DNA of 44,165 nt from a virus. A model generated the notes under the pieces. The model had not been told where the DNA came from. It saw only the letters and a list, made by a program, of their open reading frames with translations, and made no database searches. Positions 16,534-25,881 of the stretch are shown here, in pieces. The DNA lies in UHGV virus genome UHGV-1352852; one strand, given 5' to 3'. Made by a program: the position numbers and the translations under genes. How positions within the stretch are numbered: position 1 is the stretch's first letter; every line of letters begins with the position of its first letter.

Positions 16534-18003
16534 TTACTCCTGTTGCTGCGCCGACTGCGGAATCTCCCCCGCCGCCTGAGTGACAGCGCCTAACGGCAGT
16601 GGTGCATCCTCGATAGCGTTCTGAATGTCCTCGTCAGTCCAGTCAGTTACACCAGCCTTACGCAATGCCGCGTAGTAAGCAGTAGCGGGTAACAGGCCGG
16701 CGTTAATATCCGCCATCCACTGTGCGCGGTCCTGAGCAGTCATAGGTTGCAAGAAGAACTCCATATTCAGCTTGAACTCAATCTCTGTGTCTTCCCGCAG
16801 TCCCAGCATCGCCGCTACCCAGCGCAACGCATCGGTATACGCCATACTTACGTTACGTGCGATTGTTGCCATAACGGACGTATCCGCCCCGCGTTGCAGA
16901 CGGGCAGATTCAGCGGTGATTTGCTGCGTCGGGGTGATAAGCTGCGCACCAATCTGAATGGCCTGGTTCTCTTTATCCAGCATATTCTGTTTAGCGAGGT
17001 TGTTCTCCTCCGCCTGAACCAGAAACGCATTGCCGCCGTAACCGATGTTATGACCCGAGCGCGACCCCATGCGTACGCCGTGAGGGTTGGCTTCTTTCCA
17101 CTGTTCCATGCTCATGTTCTCGCCCGGGGCGATGAACAGAGTAGGCTGACCTACGACGAAACTGGATTCCTCATTGTCCGCACTGTTGCGGAAATGCCCG
17201 ATATTAAGCTCAGCCAACGGCAGCAAAGGTGCGTCGTCAATGGTTGCGTCATTGTTGCTTGCCCCAATAAAAGTGAACGGTATTTTACCGCGTAACTGTT
17301 CGCCAAGTTCCGGGAAGATTTCGATTACTTCATCCTGAGCACCGCCTTCAGCATCGAAGCGGTAAATGCGCTGACGGTAACGGCCTTCAATCAAATCGAG
17401 AACACGGTATTGCTCCCCGAACTTTGTTTCAAACTCTGCGCCTGGTTCTGAGTATTCCCACACCTCGCGCAATACGACCATCGTCACACGGTTCACTGAG
17501 CCGACGCGGGTCAGCCGCCAGTTGATGATGTTCTCTGCAGTGTAGAATGCAATGACCGGGTTTAATAGCCCCGCGTTCTGTTCTGCCGCCGTTGCTGCTG
17601 CTGTCTCCGGCGCGTCCACCAGCAGCCCCCCACGGCCCACCGAGTCAATCTCCATCAAAGAATCCTGAGCGTGCTGCCACAGCCCGACACCGGAACCGTC
17701 GGCATTACGCAGCAGGTACTCCATTTCAGGAGGTATAATCTGCTCTGGGTCTTTGCGCATGACGCTACCAACCATCCCGGCCAGGGTACGTTTGGTGAAG
17801 TTGTAGCAGATAGCGCCGTTCTCGTACTCTTCCTGCCGTTGGGCCGCATAGGTCGGGTCAGGTTCGTTCTTCCCAACGTTACGCAGATAGCGAATAAGGT
17901 CGCCCTCCAGCGCATGGCGTACCTTCTGCCATTTATCGAAGTGATGCAGCCATTCCCGGTGTTTAGTCTTAACACCCTGATTCTGACCGTTCATAGTTAA
18001 CAT
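16534..18003 (-). CDS. portal protein
   Basis: 489-aa ORF immediately downstream of the large terminase; AAGAGGA RBS. Confidence 0.8.
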   Translation of the reverse strand: MLTMNGQNQGVKTKHREWLHHFDKWQKVRHALEGDLIRYLRNVGKNEPDPTYAAQRQEEYENGAICYNFTKRTLAGMVGSVMRKDPEQIIPPEMEYLLRNADGSGVGLWQHAQDSLMEIDSVGRGGLLVDAPETAAATAAEQNAGLLNPVIAFYTAENIINWRLTRVGSVNRVTMVVLREVWEYSEPGAEFETKFGEQYRVLDLIEGRYRQRIYRFDAEGGAQDEVIEIFPELGEQLRGKIPFTFIGASNNDATIDDAPLLPLAELNIGHFRNSADNEESSFVVGQPTLFIAPGENMSMEQWKEANPHGVRMGSRSGHNIGYGGNAFLVQAEENNLAKQNMLDKENQAIQIGAQLITPTQQITAESARLQRGADTSVMATIARNVSMAYTDALRWVAAMLGLREDTEIEFKLNMEFFLQPMTAQDRAQWMADINAGLLPATAYYAALRKAGVTDWTDEDIQNAIEDAPLPLGAVTQAAGEIPQSAQQQE

Positions 18004-18015
18004 TGAATAATCCTC

Positions 18016-19251
18016 TTAAAGTGCGAAACGAACTGGTGTATTGATAACAGGGCGAACAACAGGGAACAACCTATGCATACAATAGCCTAAACTGTCGTTC
18101 CAGTCGTCAATCGCCGGGTGGGTTTTAAACTTCTCTGGTTCACCATTATCGTTATACCCCTGCGTCTCCAGTGACTGCGTTAGTTTAGGGCATTTTGAAG
18201 TGTTAACCCTCAAACGGCTATGCGACAAAAGAGCGTTAACCGCGTTTATTCTGTCTTTAACGAATGGGTTCTTACTTGGAGCGTTAACGCGTAAGCCGGC
18301 CTTTTCGATGATACCTATGTCGGATAATGATGCGTTAGTGTGGCCTGAGCGACCAGACGCGTCAGGGTAAACCGTAACCGTATGGCCTGGATACCGTATC
18401 CTGACATTATTGACGAAGTCGTCGGTATTATGGCTGACAAACTCATCAACAACCGTCGGGTTGCCGTCTTCGATAACGCTCACGGTGGCGCAACATCCAC
18501 CAATATTAAAGTCCAGCCCTATGTGGAGCGCATCTCCGTTCCGCAAGGTGCGAGTGGAGTCATGGGTGCTTCGTTTGAAATAGTGATACACCTTATTAGC
18601 AGTCAAACTGACAAATTCACCGTTGATATACATATCGGCTAAAGCCGCATCGTAGTTCCTGCGTATCTGTTCGACGTAGCCGTCAGGTAAATATGGGTTC
18701 GACAATGTAGACGCCTTAATCAGTTCCGTAGAACTGTCAGCGTTAGTGACCCAATAGTCATACACAAATCCAGAGAATCCCTGGTCAGGGGTAGTCACAG
18801 CGGCAATACTGTTACCCCCTCTGCAAGGCTGTCGGGTACGCTCTGAAATTTTACGCCACACCAGAGACGCCTGTTCTTTAGTAAGAACGTCAAGTTCATC
18901 GGCGACAGAATGGGCTACTTCAAAAGCGATTAGACGGTTCGGGTTGTCGTATGACCTGAAAAACATAGTACCGTACCCCTTAACGTGGATACTGTATTCC
19001 GATTTGTTGAGGTCATACTTAAGCCCCATCATATTCAGGTCATCAACCACACCAGGGATGGCGCGCAGCTTCAACAGGTCATACGTAGGCATGGTGTACA
19101 GGGTGTTTATCCCGCGCTCGCGCAACATAAGATACAAAAGGCGCATCGTTGCCGCGCGGGACTTACCCGCCCCCAGTCCTGCGACAATAGCCGGATGTGT
19201 TTTTGTGCTGAATACAAAGTCTTGTTGGGGTTCGGTTAATGGGATATCCAT
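18016..19251 (-). CDS. terminase large subunit
   Basis: N-terminal Walker A-like VAGLGAGKSRA, nuclease-type C-terminal half; ATG overlaps the small-subunit stop. Confidence 0.8.
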   Translation of the reverse strand: MDIPLTEPQQDFVFSTKTHPAIVAGLGAGKSRAATMRLLYLMLRERGINTLYTMPTYDLLKLRAIPGVVDDLNMMGLKYDLNKSEYSIHVKGYGTMFFRSYDNPNRLIAFEVAHSVADELDVLTKEQASLVWRKISERTRQPCRGGNSIAAVTTPDQGFSGFVYDYWVTNADSSTELIKASTLSNPYLPDGYVEQIRRNYDAALADMYINGEFVSLTANKVYHYFKRSTHDSTRTLRNGDALHIGLDFNIGGCCATVSVIEDGNPTVVDEFVSHNTDDFVNNVRIRYPGHTVTVYPDASGRSGHTNASLSDIGIIEKAGLRVNAPSKNPFVKDRINAVNALLSHSRLRVNTSKCPKLTQSLETQGYNDNGEPEKFKTHPAIDDWNDSLGYCMHRLFPVVRPVINTPVRFAL

Positions 19252-19763
19252 TACTCCACCCCCGGTTTAACAGCCTTAACAAAACGAATCTCGATAGGTT
19301 CAGAACCCTCGCCAGTCGATTCTTCTTTCTTATTCAGCCCCAGTTTCGCGGCAGCAAACGTAGCGGAGATACCCGCAGCCCCTGTCTCAGTGAAATACGC
19401 CTCTTCCAGCGCCTGTGCTGTTTCATAGGCTTCCGCAAATGCTGGAATCTCGCGCAACCACAGCTTAATAATCGGGATAGTGACGCCGATGTGTAAGGCA
19501 AAGCGGGCCAATGACGGCGGCTTATCCTGAATAAGGGGGCGTTCGTCACCCTTAGACGTAGGTACAAGTTCCCACGACGTGCGGTCGAAGAAACGAATCA
19601 ATTCGTCGCAATAGTCCGGGTCCCACAACGCGGCGGAATTACGGGATGATTGATAAAGGCTCTGTTTACCGCGCGGTCGTTTACGGCGACGGTTTGCGCT
19701 AACAGCTTCTTCATGTGCAGCTTGCACCACCTCTGGTGATGGCTGCTTAAGTTTCAGCTTCAT
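19251..19763 (-). CDS. terminase small subunit
   Basis: Track ORF 19251..19802; ATG at 19763 with AAGGGGA RBS; basic N-terminal segment (RRRKRPRGK) typical of DNA-binding small subunits; directly upstream of the large subunit. Confidence 0.55.
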   Translation of the reverse strand: MKLKLKQPSPEVVQAAHEEAVSANRRRKRPRGKQSLYQSSRNSAALWDPDYCDELIRFFDRTSWELVPTSKGDERPLIQDKPPSLARFALHIGVTIPIIKLWLREIPAFAEAYETAQALEEAYFTETGAAGISATFAAAKLGLNKKEESTGEGSEPIEIRFVKAVKPGVE

Positions 19764-19861
19764 AGAATCCCCTTGCATATGCGTCTGACCATCAGAGCGC
19801 ACCAGACGCGCCCTACGCGTCTAAAGGGATTATATAGGGGTATTAGGCGGGATGTACAGAA

Positions 19862-19885
19862 AAGCCCTCCGTAGAGGGCTTGTGG
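19862..19885 (-). terminator. rho-independent terminator between the early block and packaging genes
   Basis: Minus-strand hairpin AGCCCTCTACGGAGGGCT followed by TTTT. Confidence 0.4.
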
Positions 19886-20036
19886 TGTGGTTATTTTCGG
19901 CTTGCCACCCATTGCAGTAATTGATTTATGCAATCTGCTTCCGAAAACCCGTTAAAGGACTTTGAGTAAACACCGTACATCACGGTCAAAAACACCATTC
20001 CGTGGTATTCCTCAAATAAAACATCATCAAACTCAA

Positions 20037-20297
20037 TCATTCCCCTCTCCCCTCTTTAGTGATACGTTGCTCTGTTTTAGTGATACCCCGGCGCGTGAAT
20101 AACACCGGGCTTGTCTTAACGTGCGTCATCAGACGGTTGTTATAAATTACGTGGCGCTCGCAGTTCACGTCTTTGCTGTACTTCGCAATCGTCATTTCGT
20201 TGATGCCGGTTTGTCGGCATGTCTCCGCCATCGTGCCGAATTCTTTAATCAGGTTCGGAATGCTGGTAATCATCCTAAGAAATTCCTCGTTGTCCAC
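20037..20297 (-). CDS. small HTH DNA-binding protein
   Basis: HTH-like segment AETCRQTGINEMTIAKYSK; true start may be the internal ATG near 20273. Confidence 0.4.
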   Translation of the reverse strand: MDNEEFLRMITSIPNLIKEFGTMAETCRQTGINEMTIAKYSKDVNCERHVIYNNRLMTHVKTSPVLFTRRGITKTEQRITKEGRGE

Positions 20298-20442
20298 ATC
20301 GCATTCGGGTATTTGTTATCGCGGTCCTGTACTACGGCAACCATGTTACCTCGTTGCACGAGGCAGAAGTGCCGTTGTTGCTCGCCGTTGTAGCGACGCC
20401 AGATTGCTTCTTCGATTGCTGCGTTGATATCACTGAACATAC

Positions 20443-20625
20443 TTACCACACTATCTCATCACCAAGCCACGCCGTTTCTCGTATATCGTCAACCACACAC
20501 GCGGCGTGCTCACGGCTAATTGCAAAAATGTAGAAACTAAACTTCTTCCCGTCGGCGTCGATGTGGTTAACCGAGTAGGGCTTCCACAGGACGCCATCGA
20601 TAACTACTGGCTCAGGCGCTTTCAT
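20443..20625 (-). CDS. hypothetical protein
   Basis: 60-aa track ORF in the co-oriented early block. Confidence 0.35.
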   Translation of the reverse strand: MKAPEPVVIDGVLWKPYSVNHIDADGKKFSFYIFAISREHAACVVDDIRETAWLGDEIVW

Positions 20626-20763
20626 TCTTCATGCGTTCAAGCAACAATTTAAACGCCTCCAGTTGAAACTCGCCATTAATTGACAGTTGCCCGCCTAACG
20701 TCTATTTCTCCGACTCAAGCACCATAATACGACGCTCAAGTGATGCGATTGTTATTTTAGGCA

Positions 20764-21000
20764 TTATTCAGCCCCCTCATAAAAATCGCCATTTCGGTAA
20801 TCTCCATCGAAATCATCAGAAATAGTGCGCCCCTTATTTAGGTTGAAGCGGTTAATCAGTTCACGGCGTGTCTCATAAAGCGACTCTACCATTTGCTCGG
20901 CTACCGCGATTTTAGTATTCAGGACGTGCATCACGTGGCTTATGTCTACGCCGCTGTTAACAGCCTCAACCATCATCTTTTCGTATTCGCGGTCGGTCAT
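20764..21000 (-). CDS. hypothetical protein
   Basis: 78-aa track ORF, acidic C-terminus. Confidence 0.4.
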   Translation of the reverse strand: MTDREYEKMMVEAVNSGVDISHVMHVLNTKIAVAEQMVESLYETRRELINRFNLNKGRTISDDFDGDYRNGDFYEGAE

Positions 21001-21151
21001 TCTTTACGCTCTCCCCACATGCGATTGAGATACTTGTTCTTGTCCGGCCCCGGGAAACTGTTACGTTTCATCAGTTCCTCGCGTGTCGGGAACGGGGTGT
21101 GACTGACTTTACGGCCTACTCGTAATGGTTGGCTTACCTGACCTTGTTCGC

Positions 21152-21349
21152 TCATTCTACAACCTCCCATTTAACGCCGTGGAAACCATCACCTTCATCG
21201 TTACCAAAGTCTATGAAAATATCGCAGTCGTCGTCGGCGACTATATAACCGAAACCAGTAGCTGTCGGGTTGTATACATCGTACACTTTACCCTCTGTCA
21301 CATAGTCAAGGGCGGCTAACCAGAGAATTTTAGCGGCTTTAACTTTCAT
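21152..21349 (-). CDS. hypothetical acidic protein
   Basis: 65-aa track ORF; ATG overlaps the stop of an upstream 48-aa ORF (~21354..21497) that has a GGAG RBS. Confidence 0.4.
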   Translation of the reverse strand: MKVKAAKILWLAALDYVTEGKVYDVYNPTATGFGYIVADDDCDIFIDFGNDEGDGFHGVKWEVVE

Positions 21350-21529
21350 TTCTTCTCTCCTGCATAAGCGGCCTTCATGGTCTGCATCGCAGCGAACCAG
21401 AACGCGTCCGCTGGAATGCTACTGCTCAGATTACTAACGGCAATGCGTGCCATCAGTTGCGCGTCTTTGAATGCTTCGATATCTGTGATTTTCATTTCTC
21501 TCTACTCCGTTCTCATTGTCGATGGAGTA

Positions 21530-21558
21530 AATATAATAGGGTCTAAGGTAATAGTCAA
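21530..21558 (-). promoter_or_regulatory. sigma70 promoter TTGACT-N17-TATATT (minus strand)
   Basis: Read on the minus strand; ~30 nt upstream of the small gene starting near 21497. Confidence 0.4.
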
Positions 21559-21580
21559 CTAGTCATTACAGAAAACAGAT

Positions 21581-21611
21581 AAAAAAAAATCCCGGCTGGG
21601 TCAGGGCCGGG
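21581..21611 (-). terminator. strong rho-independent terminator after the lysis cassette
   Basis: Minus-strand hairpin CCCGGCCCTGACCCAGCCGGG followed by a run of nine T. Confidence 0.6.
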
Positions 21612-21686
21612 ATAAAACTGGAGAGCAGATGGATGGAACAGGAGGTGATTTAAGTATCGTCGGATTAGTCTCAGGTGTCAATTGGT

Positions 21687-21714
21687 AAAATAAAACCCGG
21701 ATTCGCGGTCCGGG
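21687..21714 (-). terminator. second rho-independent terminator downstream of the endolysin gene
   Basis: Minus-strand hairpin CCCGGACCGCGAATCCGGG followed by TTTTATTTT. Confidence 0.45.
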
Positions 21715-21844
21715 TTTCGGTCATAAGCCCCTGAACCCTACGCAGTCTCCACCGCTTGGGCTGCTGCTTCGGGTTTACCGGGGCTTAGTATGCAAGCACA
21801 AGCAGCGTAGGGATAAGTTTACTAAACGCCTTCGTATTCGTCCA

Positions 21845-22330
21845 TCATTTAACAGCCCTCCCAATAGCCTCCGCCTCCTGCCACGGTTTACCGTTGAACA
21901 ATGCCAGCCGCCCGGCTGTACGGCGACGCAGGCCAAGTAGTGGTTTGCCGTTCTGGTTGATGAACAGTGCCAGCTTAGCCCGCAGTGTTGCAGTATCACC
22001 AGAACGCAGTGCCTTGCCTGTGCCCGTAGTAGACGCAATCACGCCAGCGCCAGCGTTATACACCAGGTCACACACTGCGTCGAACTGCGCCTGTGTCAGT
22101 GAATGGTGCGCCGCTGCATCAACCGCAGCTACGGCCTTAGCCATATCACGGTTCAGTAACAGGAGGCCTTGCCCCGGGGTGATGGTCTTACCTGGTGTTA
22201 CGTCTGGCCCGTAGTGACCGTAGCCTATAGTCAGGTACTTCTCATTTGGGGTAGCGCGATACGCGGTACCGCGGAATCCCTCGAACGCGGCGGTAAAATG
22301 CAATCCATTATCTGAAATGTTTCGAGACAC
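21845..22330 (-). CDS. endolysin, T4 lysozyme-like (GH24 muramidase)
   Basis: Motif FEGFRGTAYRATPNEKYLTIGYGHYG carries the GH24 catalytic Glu/Asp/Thr pattern; GTG start at ~22330 preceded by GGAGGA (track ORF runs to 22381). Confidence 0.8.
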   Translation of the reverse strand: MSRNISDNGLHFTAAFEGFRGTAYRATPNEKYLTIGYGHYGPDVTPGKTITPGQGLLLLNRDMAKAVAAVDAAAHHSLTQAQFDAVCDLVYNAGAGVIASTTGTGKALRSGDTATLRAKLALFINQNGKPLLGLRRRTAGRLALFNGKPWQEAEAIGRAVK

Positions 22331-22580
22331 GCTTATGTCCTCCGTATGACAGCCACGCCTGACGAATCTGACGCAGCGCAACTAATGTGATTAACGTCTC
22401 AGGCAGCGTTGGTGACATGCTGCTCTGTAACAGGTGTATACATCCGGCAGCACAGACGATGGCAGTCAGGATATAGAGCACCCGACCGAATAACCCGTCG
22501 TCCACGCTGGGGTGATATACATTAAACAGCGATGTGCCTCCTATTACCAGCATACCGCCGAACCAGAATAGCTCATTCAT
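22308..22580 (-). CDS. holin-like protein (two TM helices)
   Basis: Internal ATG (MNELFWFGGMLVIGG...) of track ORF 22308..22742 with GAGGAGG RBS; two hydrophobic helices; directly upstream of the endolysin. Confidence 0.5.
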   Translation of the reverse strand: MNELFWFGGMLVIGGTSLFNVYHPSVDDGLFGRVLYILTAIVCAAGCIHLLQSSMSPTLPETLITLVALRQIRQAWLSYGGHKRVSKHFR

Positions 22581-22881
22581 CTGTGCCTCCTCGACGTGCA
22601 ATGTATTCTCCGGCGACGATACCAGAGAGACGGGAATAGATAGGCATCCAGAGAATAGCGATAATGAAGCCCAGGCCAGCGATTTCACGGTCGCCAGTGA
22701 TACCGAACCATTGAGCTGCGAGAGGTGCGCCAAATACGGCACAAGTGAAGCCAGTAGCGATAAAGCAGAAGCCGTCGATAGGGCCAGAAATAACGGACTT
22801 ATGTTGTCGTAGTCCGATTACCCCACCGGCTAGTGCGGCAGCCAGAAGCCAGCCTGTCACTGTTTCAGTAAATTTATCCAA
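22573..22881 (-). CDS. holin (multi-TM)
   Basis: 102-aa protein with three hydrophobic segments; TTG start preceded by GGAGGA; first gene of the lysis cassette. Confidence 0.55.
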   Translation of the reverse strand: MDKFTETVTGWLLAAALAGGVIGLRQHKSVISGPIDGFCFIATGFTCAVFGAPLAAQWFGITGDREIAGLGFIIAILWMPIYSRLSGIVAGEYIARRGGTDE

Positions 22882-22940
22882 GATGAATCCTCCAGGTGCG
22901 TATTAAGTATGCAGTAACTGGAGGATACCACGGTTAGGAA

Positions 22941-23381
22941 TTATCCTAATAGTTGTTTGGTAATAATCTTGCCGCCGGTGTTAGTGTCGAACTTCGACGC
23001 AACGGCTACACCACCGTGTGCCGAGTATCCACATTCCATAGCTGCCAGTGCATAAGGAGAACCAGACCCCACGGCTGAAAAACTATCGGCAACCGGAATA
23101 ACTGAACTAAGTGCACAATCCCACGATTTATAAAACGCGACTTTGTACACCTTTTCTGTGTCTTTCACGAACACCAGAGCTTCGAAATCGAAGTCATAGC
23201 GCTTTGGCACTAAAATTCCTCGGTCACCAACGAGAATATCCCCTACCCCCGCATCACCAGCCACCCCGATAACAGCAAAATCGTTCTCGTATATCTTCGT
23301 GTCTGTGTTGTAACAGTTACTCCCGCACACAACACGCGTGTCACATGCCATTGTCTTTCCGTCAAACGCGATAGTCGTCAT
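22941..23381 (-). CDS. HslV / proteasome beta-subunit-like Ntn-hydrolase
   Basis: Starts MTTIAF (Thr after the initiator Met, as in HslV MTTIV), GVAGDAG and SAVGSGSPYALAAM motifs matching HslV GFAGG and IGSGGPYAQAAA; GGAGA RBS. Confidence 0.6.
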   Translation of the reverse strand: MTTIAFDGKTMACDTRVVCGSNCYNTDTKIYENDFAVIGVAGDAGVGDILVGDRGILVPKRYDFDFEALVFVKDTEKVYKVAFYKSWDCALSSVIPVADSFSAVGSGSPYALAAMECGYSAHGGVAVASKFDTNTGGKIITKQLLG

Positions 23382-23671
23382 TTATGTCTCCAGATGTATT
23401 GTCGTCTCTGCGGTTTCGTTGGAATATCCTCGTATCCCAGCGATTTCCAGTAATTAAATAGCCGGTTAGCGATTGCTGCGCGTTCCTTTGTCTTGAACTC
23501 ACCCAGATTCACGGCCTTCCCGTTCTGGAACCCACAGGCGCGGACAGCTTTGCGTCTGGCCTGAATCTCAGGGTACAGCGCGTTACCTCGGCGCTTGTAT
23601 ATCCTGGTGTTCGCTCTCGGTGACAGCGGCGCAAGGCCGCTTCTTTTCAGGATGTCAGTTGCGAGGCTCAT
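23378..23671 (-). CDS. small basic protein, possible AP2-like DNA-binding domain
   Basis: Internal ATG of track ORF 23378..23758 with GGAGG RBS; segment KAVNLGEFKTKERAAIANRLF resembles AP2-type motifs (weak). Confidence 0.35.
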   Translation of the reverse strand: MSLATDILKRSGLAPLSPRANTRIYKRRGNALYPEIQARRKAVRACGFQNGKAVNLGEFKTKERAAIANRLFNYWKSLGYEDIPTKPQRRQYIWRHK

Positions 23672-23960
23672 TCTCATCCTCCGCAGGAAATACGACCCAT
23701 TGCCCCACTCCTTCCCAGTATCCGTAGGCACACCGCTGCGCTGTGAACGTGCGCCCAAACAATTCGTAGTTAGCGAGGAAGAGCCTGAACCAGTTGTGCA
23801 CTTTAATCCTGTGCACTTTCCCGAGTCTTCTGTAGTACCGTGCCATGCTGGCGGCTTCTACAGCAGGGAATAGTACCCAACACCAAAGCGCCCAAAGAAA
23901 CGCGGCGACAAGGGTGAAATTAAAAGCTATCCCGCTCCAATAGATATACGCGTCAACCAT
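23655..23960 (-). CDS. small membrane protein
   Basis: Internal ATG (MVDAYIYWSG...) with AGGTGGA RBS; one hydrophobic helix (FTLVAAFLWALWCWVLF). Confidence 0.35.
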   Translation of the reverse strand: MVDAYIYWSGIAFNFTLVAAFLWALWCWVLFPAVEAASMARYYRRLGKVHRIKVHNWFRLFLANYELFGRTFTAQRCAYGYWEGVGQWVVFPAEDENEPRN

Positions 23961-24220
23961 CACTCCACCTCTTCCACATGTGTAACTGACCCACAGTTCG
24001 CGCACTCGACGTAATCCGGGAACTGGTCTTTGTATTTCTGTAACTCGGCTTCGAGTTCCTTAATTACCCCCGCATACTGCTCTGCAACCATGTAAGCAGA
24101 GGCTTTGTACGCCTTAAAATCTGCTTCGAGTTTCGCATAGTCTTCATAACTTACAAACTCACCGGCATCGTTTTCATAATAGTCGTTATATGAAGCGTTA
24201 TATCTCTGTACCATAATCAC
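23960..24220 (-). CDS. hypothetical protein
   Basis: 86-aa track ORF; coiled-coil composition, C-terminal CxxC. Confidence 0.4.
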   Translation of the reverse strand: MIMVQRYNASYNDYYENDAGEFVSYEDYAKLEADFKAYKASAYMVAEQYAGVIKELEAELQKYKDQFPDYVECANCGSVTHVEEVE

Positions 24221-24420
24221 TTCTCCTGTTTACCAAGTCGCTTGGGTGAGCAGATAGCGCGTACCTCTGAATCGTTGGGCTTGTCGCCCTGAAACAGGAA
24301 GTGCGAGTTCTCTGTGGCACGTGCCGCTGACTGGCACGCCTCCATCGAGTAAAACGTTTCTGCTGCCGCGAGTTGCATCTGGCCCGCGGACAGTACCCAT
24401 ATAAATAAGATGCTGGTCAT
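24217..24420 (-). CDS. small secreted protein
   Basis: Internal ATG (MTSILFIWVLSAGQMQLAAA) gives a signal-peptide-like N-terminus; overlaps the upstream stop. Confidence 0.35.
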   Translation of the reverse strand: MTSILFIWVLSAGQMQLAAAETFYSMEACQSAARATENSHFLFQGDKPNDSEVRAICSPKRLGKQEK

Positions 24421-24773
24421 GTCGTTTCCCCACATCTGCGGCACACAAAATAATCCTCGTCGGCGTCTAACACCCAATCATGCTCACCTATTTGGCAACC
24501 GGATTGCTCCAGCCCGTGCTCACCTACTACATATCGCCGACCGCCATTGACGTACCCACCCTTGCGGATAAGTTTGTAAGCCTCTACATCACCGGCGGCC
24601 TTAACCAGCGCCAGATGTAGCTCCTTAATCTGCACCGAAGCATCACGTAACTGATTCTTAAGTGACTGCACCTCATGCGCCAGGTCTTCACACTGTTGTT
24701 TGTATGGGTTGTTAATTACCTGCTGCCGTAGCCGGTCAATCAGGTACTCGAATACTTCGTTTTTGTTACTCAT
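24417..24773 (-). CDS. hypothetical protein with C-terminal zinc-ribbon-like CxxC...CxxC
   Basis: 118-aa track ORF; C-terminal CQIGEH...CRRCG. Confidence 0.4.
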   Translation of the reverse strand: MSNKNEVFEYLIDRLRQQVINNPYKQQCEDLAHEVQSLKNQLRDASVQIKELHLALVKAAGDVEAYKLIRKGGYVNGGRRYVVGEHGLEQSGCQIGEHDWVLDADEDYFVCRRCGETT

Positions 24774-24993
24774 TGGTTTCCCCTAACACCGACTCAATAA
24801 TGTAAGTATGGACCGCATGGGTTAATGTGTCGCCGTATGACACGCCTGGCGTACCAGGGATACCCGCCATCCAACGCATATCACCTTTCGACTGGCGACC
24901 TATCATGTGGATGCCGTATCTCTCTACAAGGATGTCCACCTCATCGAGAATCCCCTTGCGGCGTAACAGCGCACGTGCTTTTGCGGGGGTCAT
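24766..24993 (-). CDS. hypothetical protein
   Basis: 75-aa track ORF in the co-oriented early gene run. Confidence 0.4.
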   Translation of the reverse strand: MTPAKARALLRRKGILDEVDILVERYGIHMIGRQSKGDMRWMAGIPGTPGVSYGDTLTHAVHTYIIESVLGETNE

Positions 24994-25188
24994 TGCGCAA
25001 CCTCATACAAAGTTTCCGGGTAACCCCATGTTGCTTTAGCGACAAGATTATTACCGCTATCTATGTAGATAGACTCTGGCGTACCCGCATTAATAACCAT
25101 GTGATACATAAGACCTTCTACTGTGCTGAAAAACTCATCTTTAGTTACTTCTTTCATCTTCCGTCTCTCCTCTCGTTTGTGTAAATGA

Positions 25189-25217
25189 ATAGTAGCCTAT
25201 TCTATCTTAGTGTGCAA
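25189..25217 (-). promoter_or_regulatory. sigma70-like promoter TTGCAC-N17-TACTAT (minus strand) with palindrome
   Basis: Same promoter family, read on the minus strand; upstream of a small minus-strand ORF starting near 25157. Confidence 0.45.
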
Positions 25218-25530
25218 ATAAATTTTATTGGTGTTTTAACGATAATTGTTCGCCGCGAATCCAATAGTACCTCGGGCGTCGTGCCAACTGACGCCACCTC
25301 ATAACCCGGTACTTGTTGCCGTCTGACGCAACAATAAGCCCGAATCGCTTTTTTCCGTTTCTACCGGCCCAGGTCACGATGTCATTCAGTTTCATTGTTG
25401 CATCTCCTGCAATAATCGCTTCTATTGTTGCGTTCGGTGAAAGTGTCGCTTTTTGACGACACTAATCTAAAGTTGTACGCTGCTGTGTAGCAGCGTAAGT
25501 CACTCAGTCAAATAGTAACCTATTGACCTG

Positions 25531-25731
25531 TTACACCAGTTTCGGCGGTTTAGGCAATTTCCTCCAGTGCGTTATATCCTCGTTGTCTATGACAGAGTTG
25601 AATTCATCCCAACTATCCCACTCATCCGAATCATCATCGAACCATTTAATCTCAACCTCTCCCCCATCAGTCACAAGTACATGAGAGAAAGGAGCGGGCA
25701 TCTGCTCACTGCACTTAATCCACTTACTCAT
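25531..25731 (-). CDS. DUF551-like small phage protein
   Basis: N-terminal WIKCSEQMP and acidic Trp-rich C-terminus; paralogous to 25882..26094. Confidence 0.5.
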   Translation of the reverse strand: MSKWIKCSEQMPAPFSHVLVTDGGEVEIKWFDDDSDEWDSWDEFNSVIDNEDITHWRKLPKPPKLV

Positions 25732-25881
25732 ATCTCACCTCGTATTCATCACAGCTTGCACACCAGCTTTCCACGCCCGCCACGCTAGACGCGTCTTAAC
25801 GTTCAGGTACTCTTTCTTTGAACCTTTGTTAACCGGCAGACCCTCGACGACAGCCCACCGTTCGAATGCTTCTCTCATAAC

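Noticed and set aside
21687-21714. Possible tRNA (CGAATCC-containing stem-loop resembling a T-arm)
   Set aside because: Loop length and stem do not fit a T-arm, no acceptor/anticodon arms can be built around it, and it is followed by a T-run; it is better explained as an intrinsic terminator.
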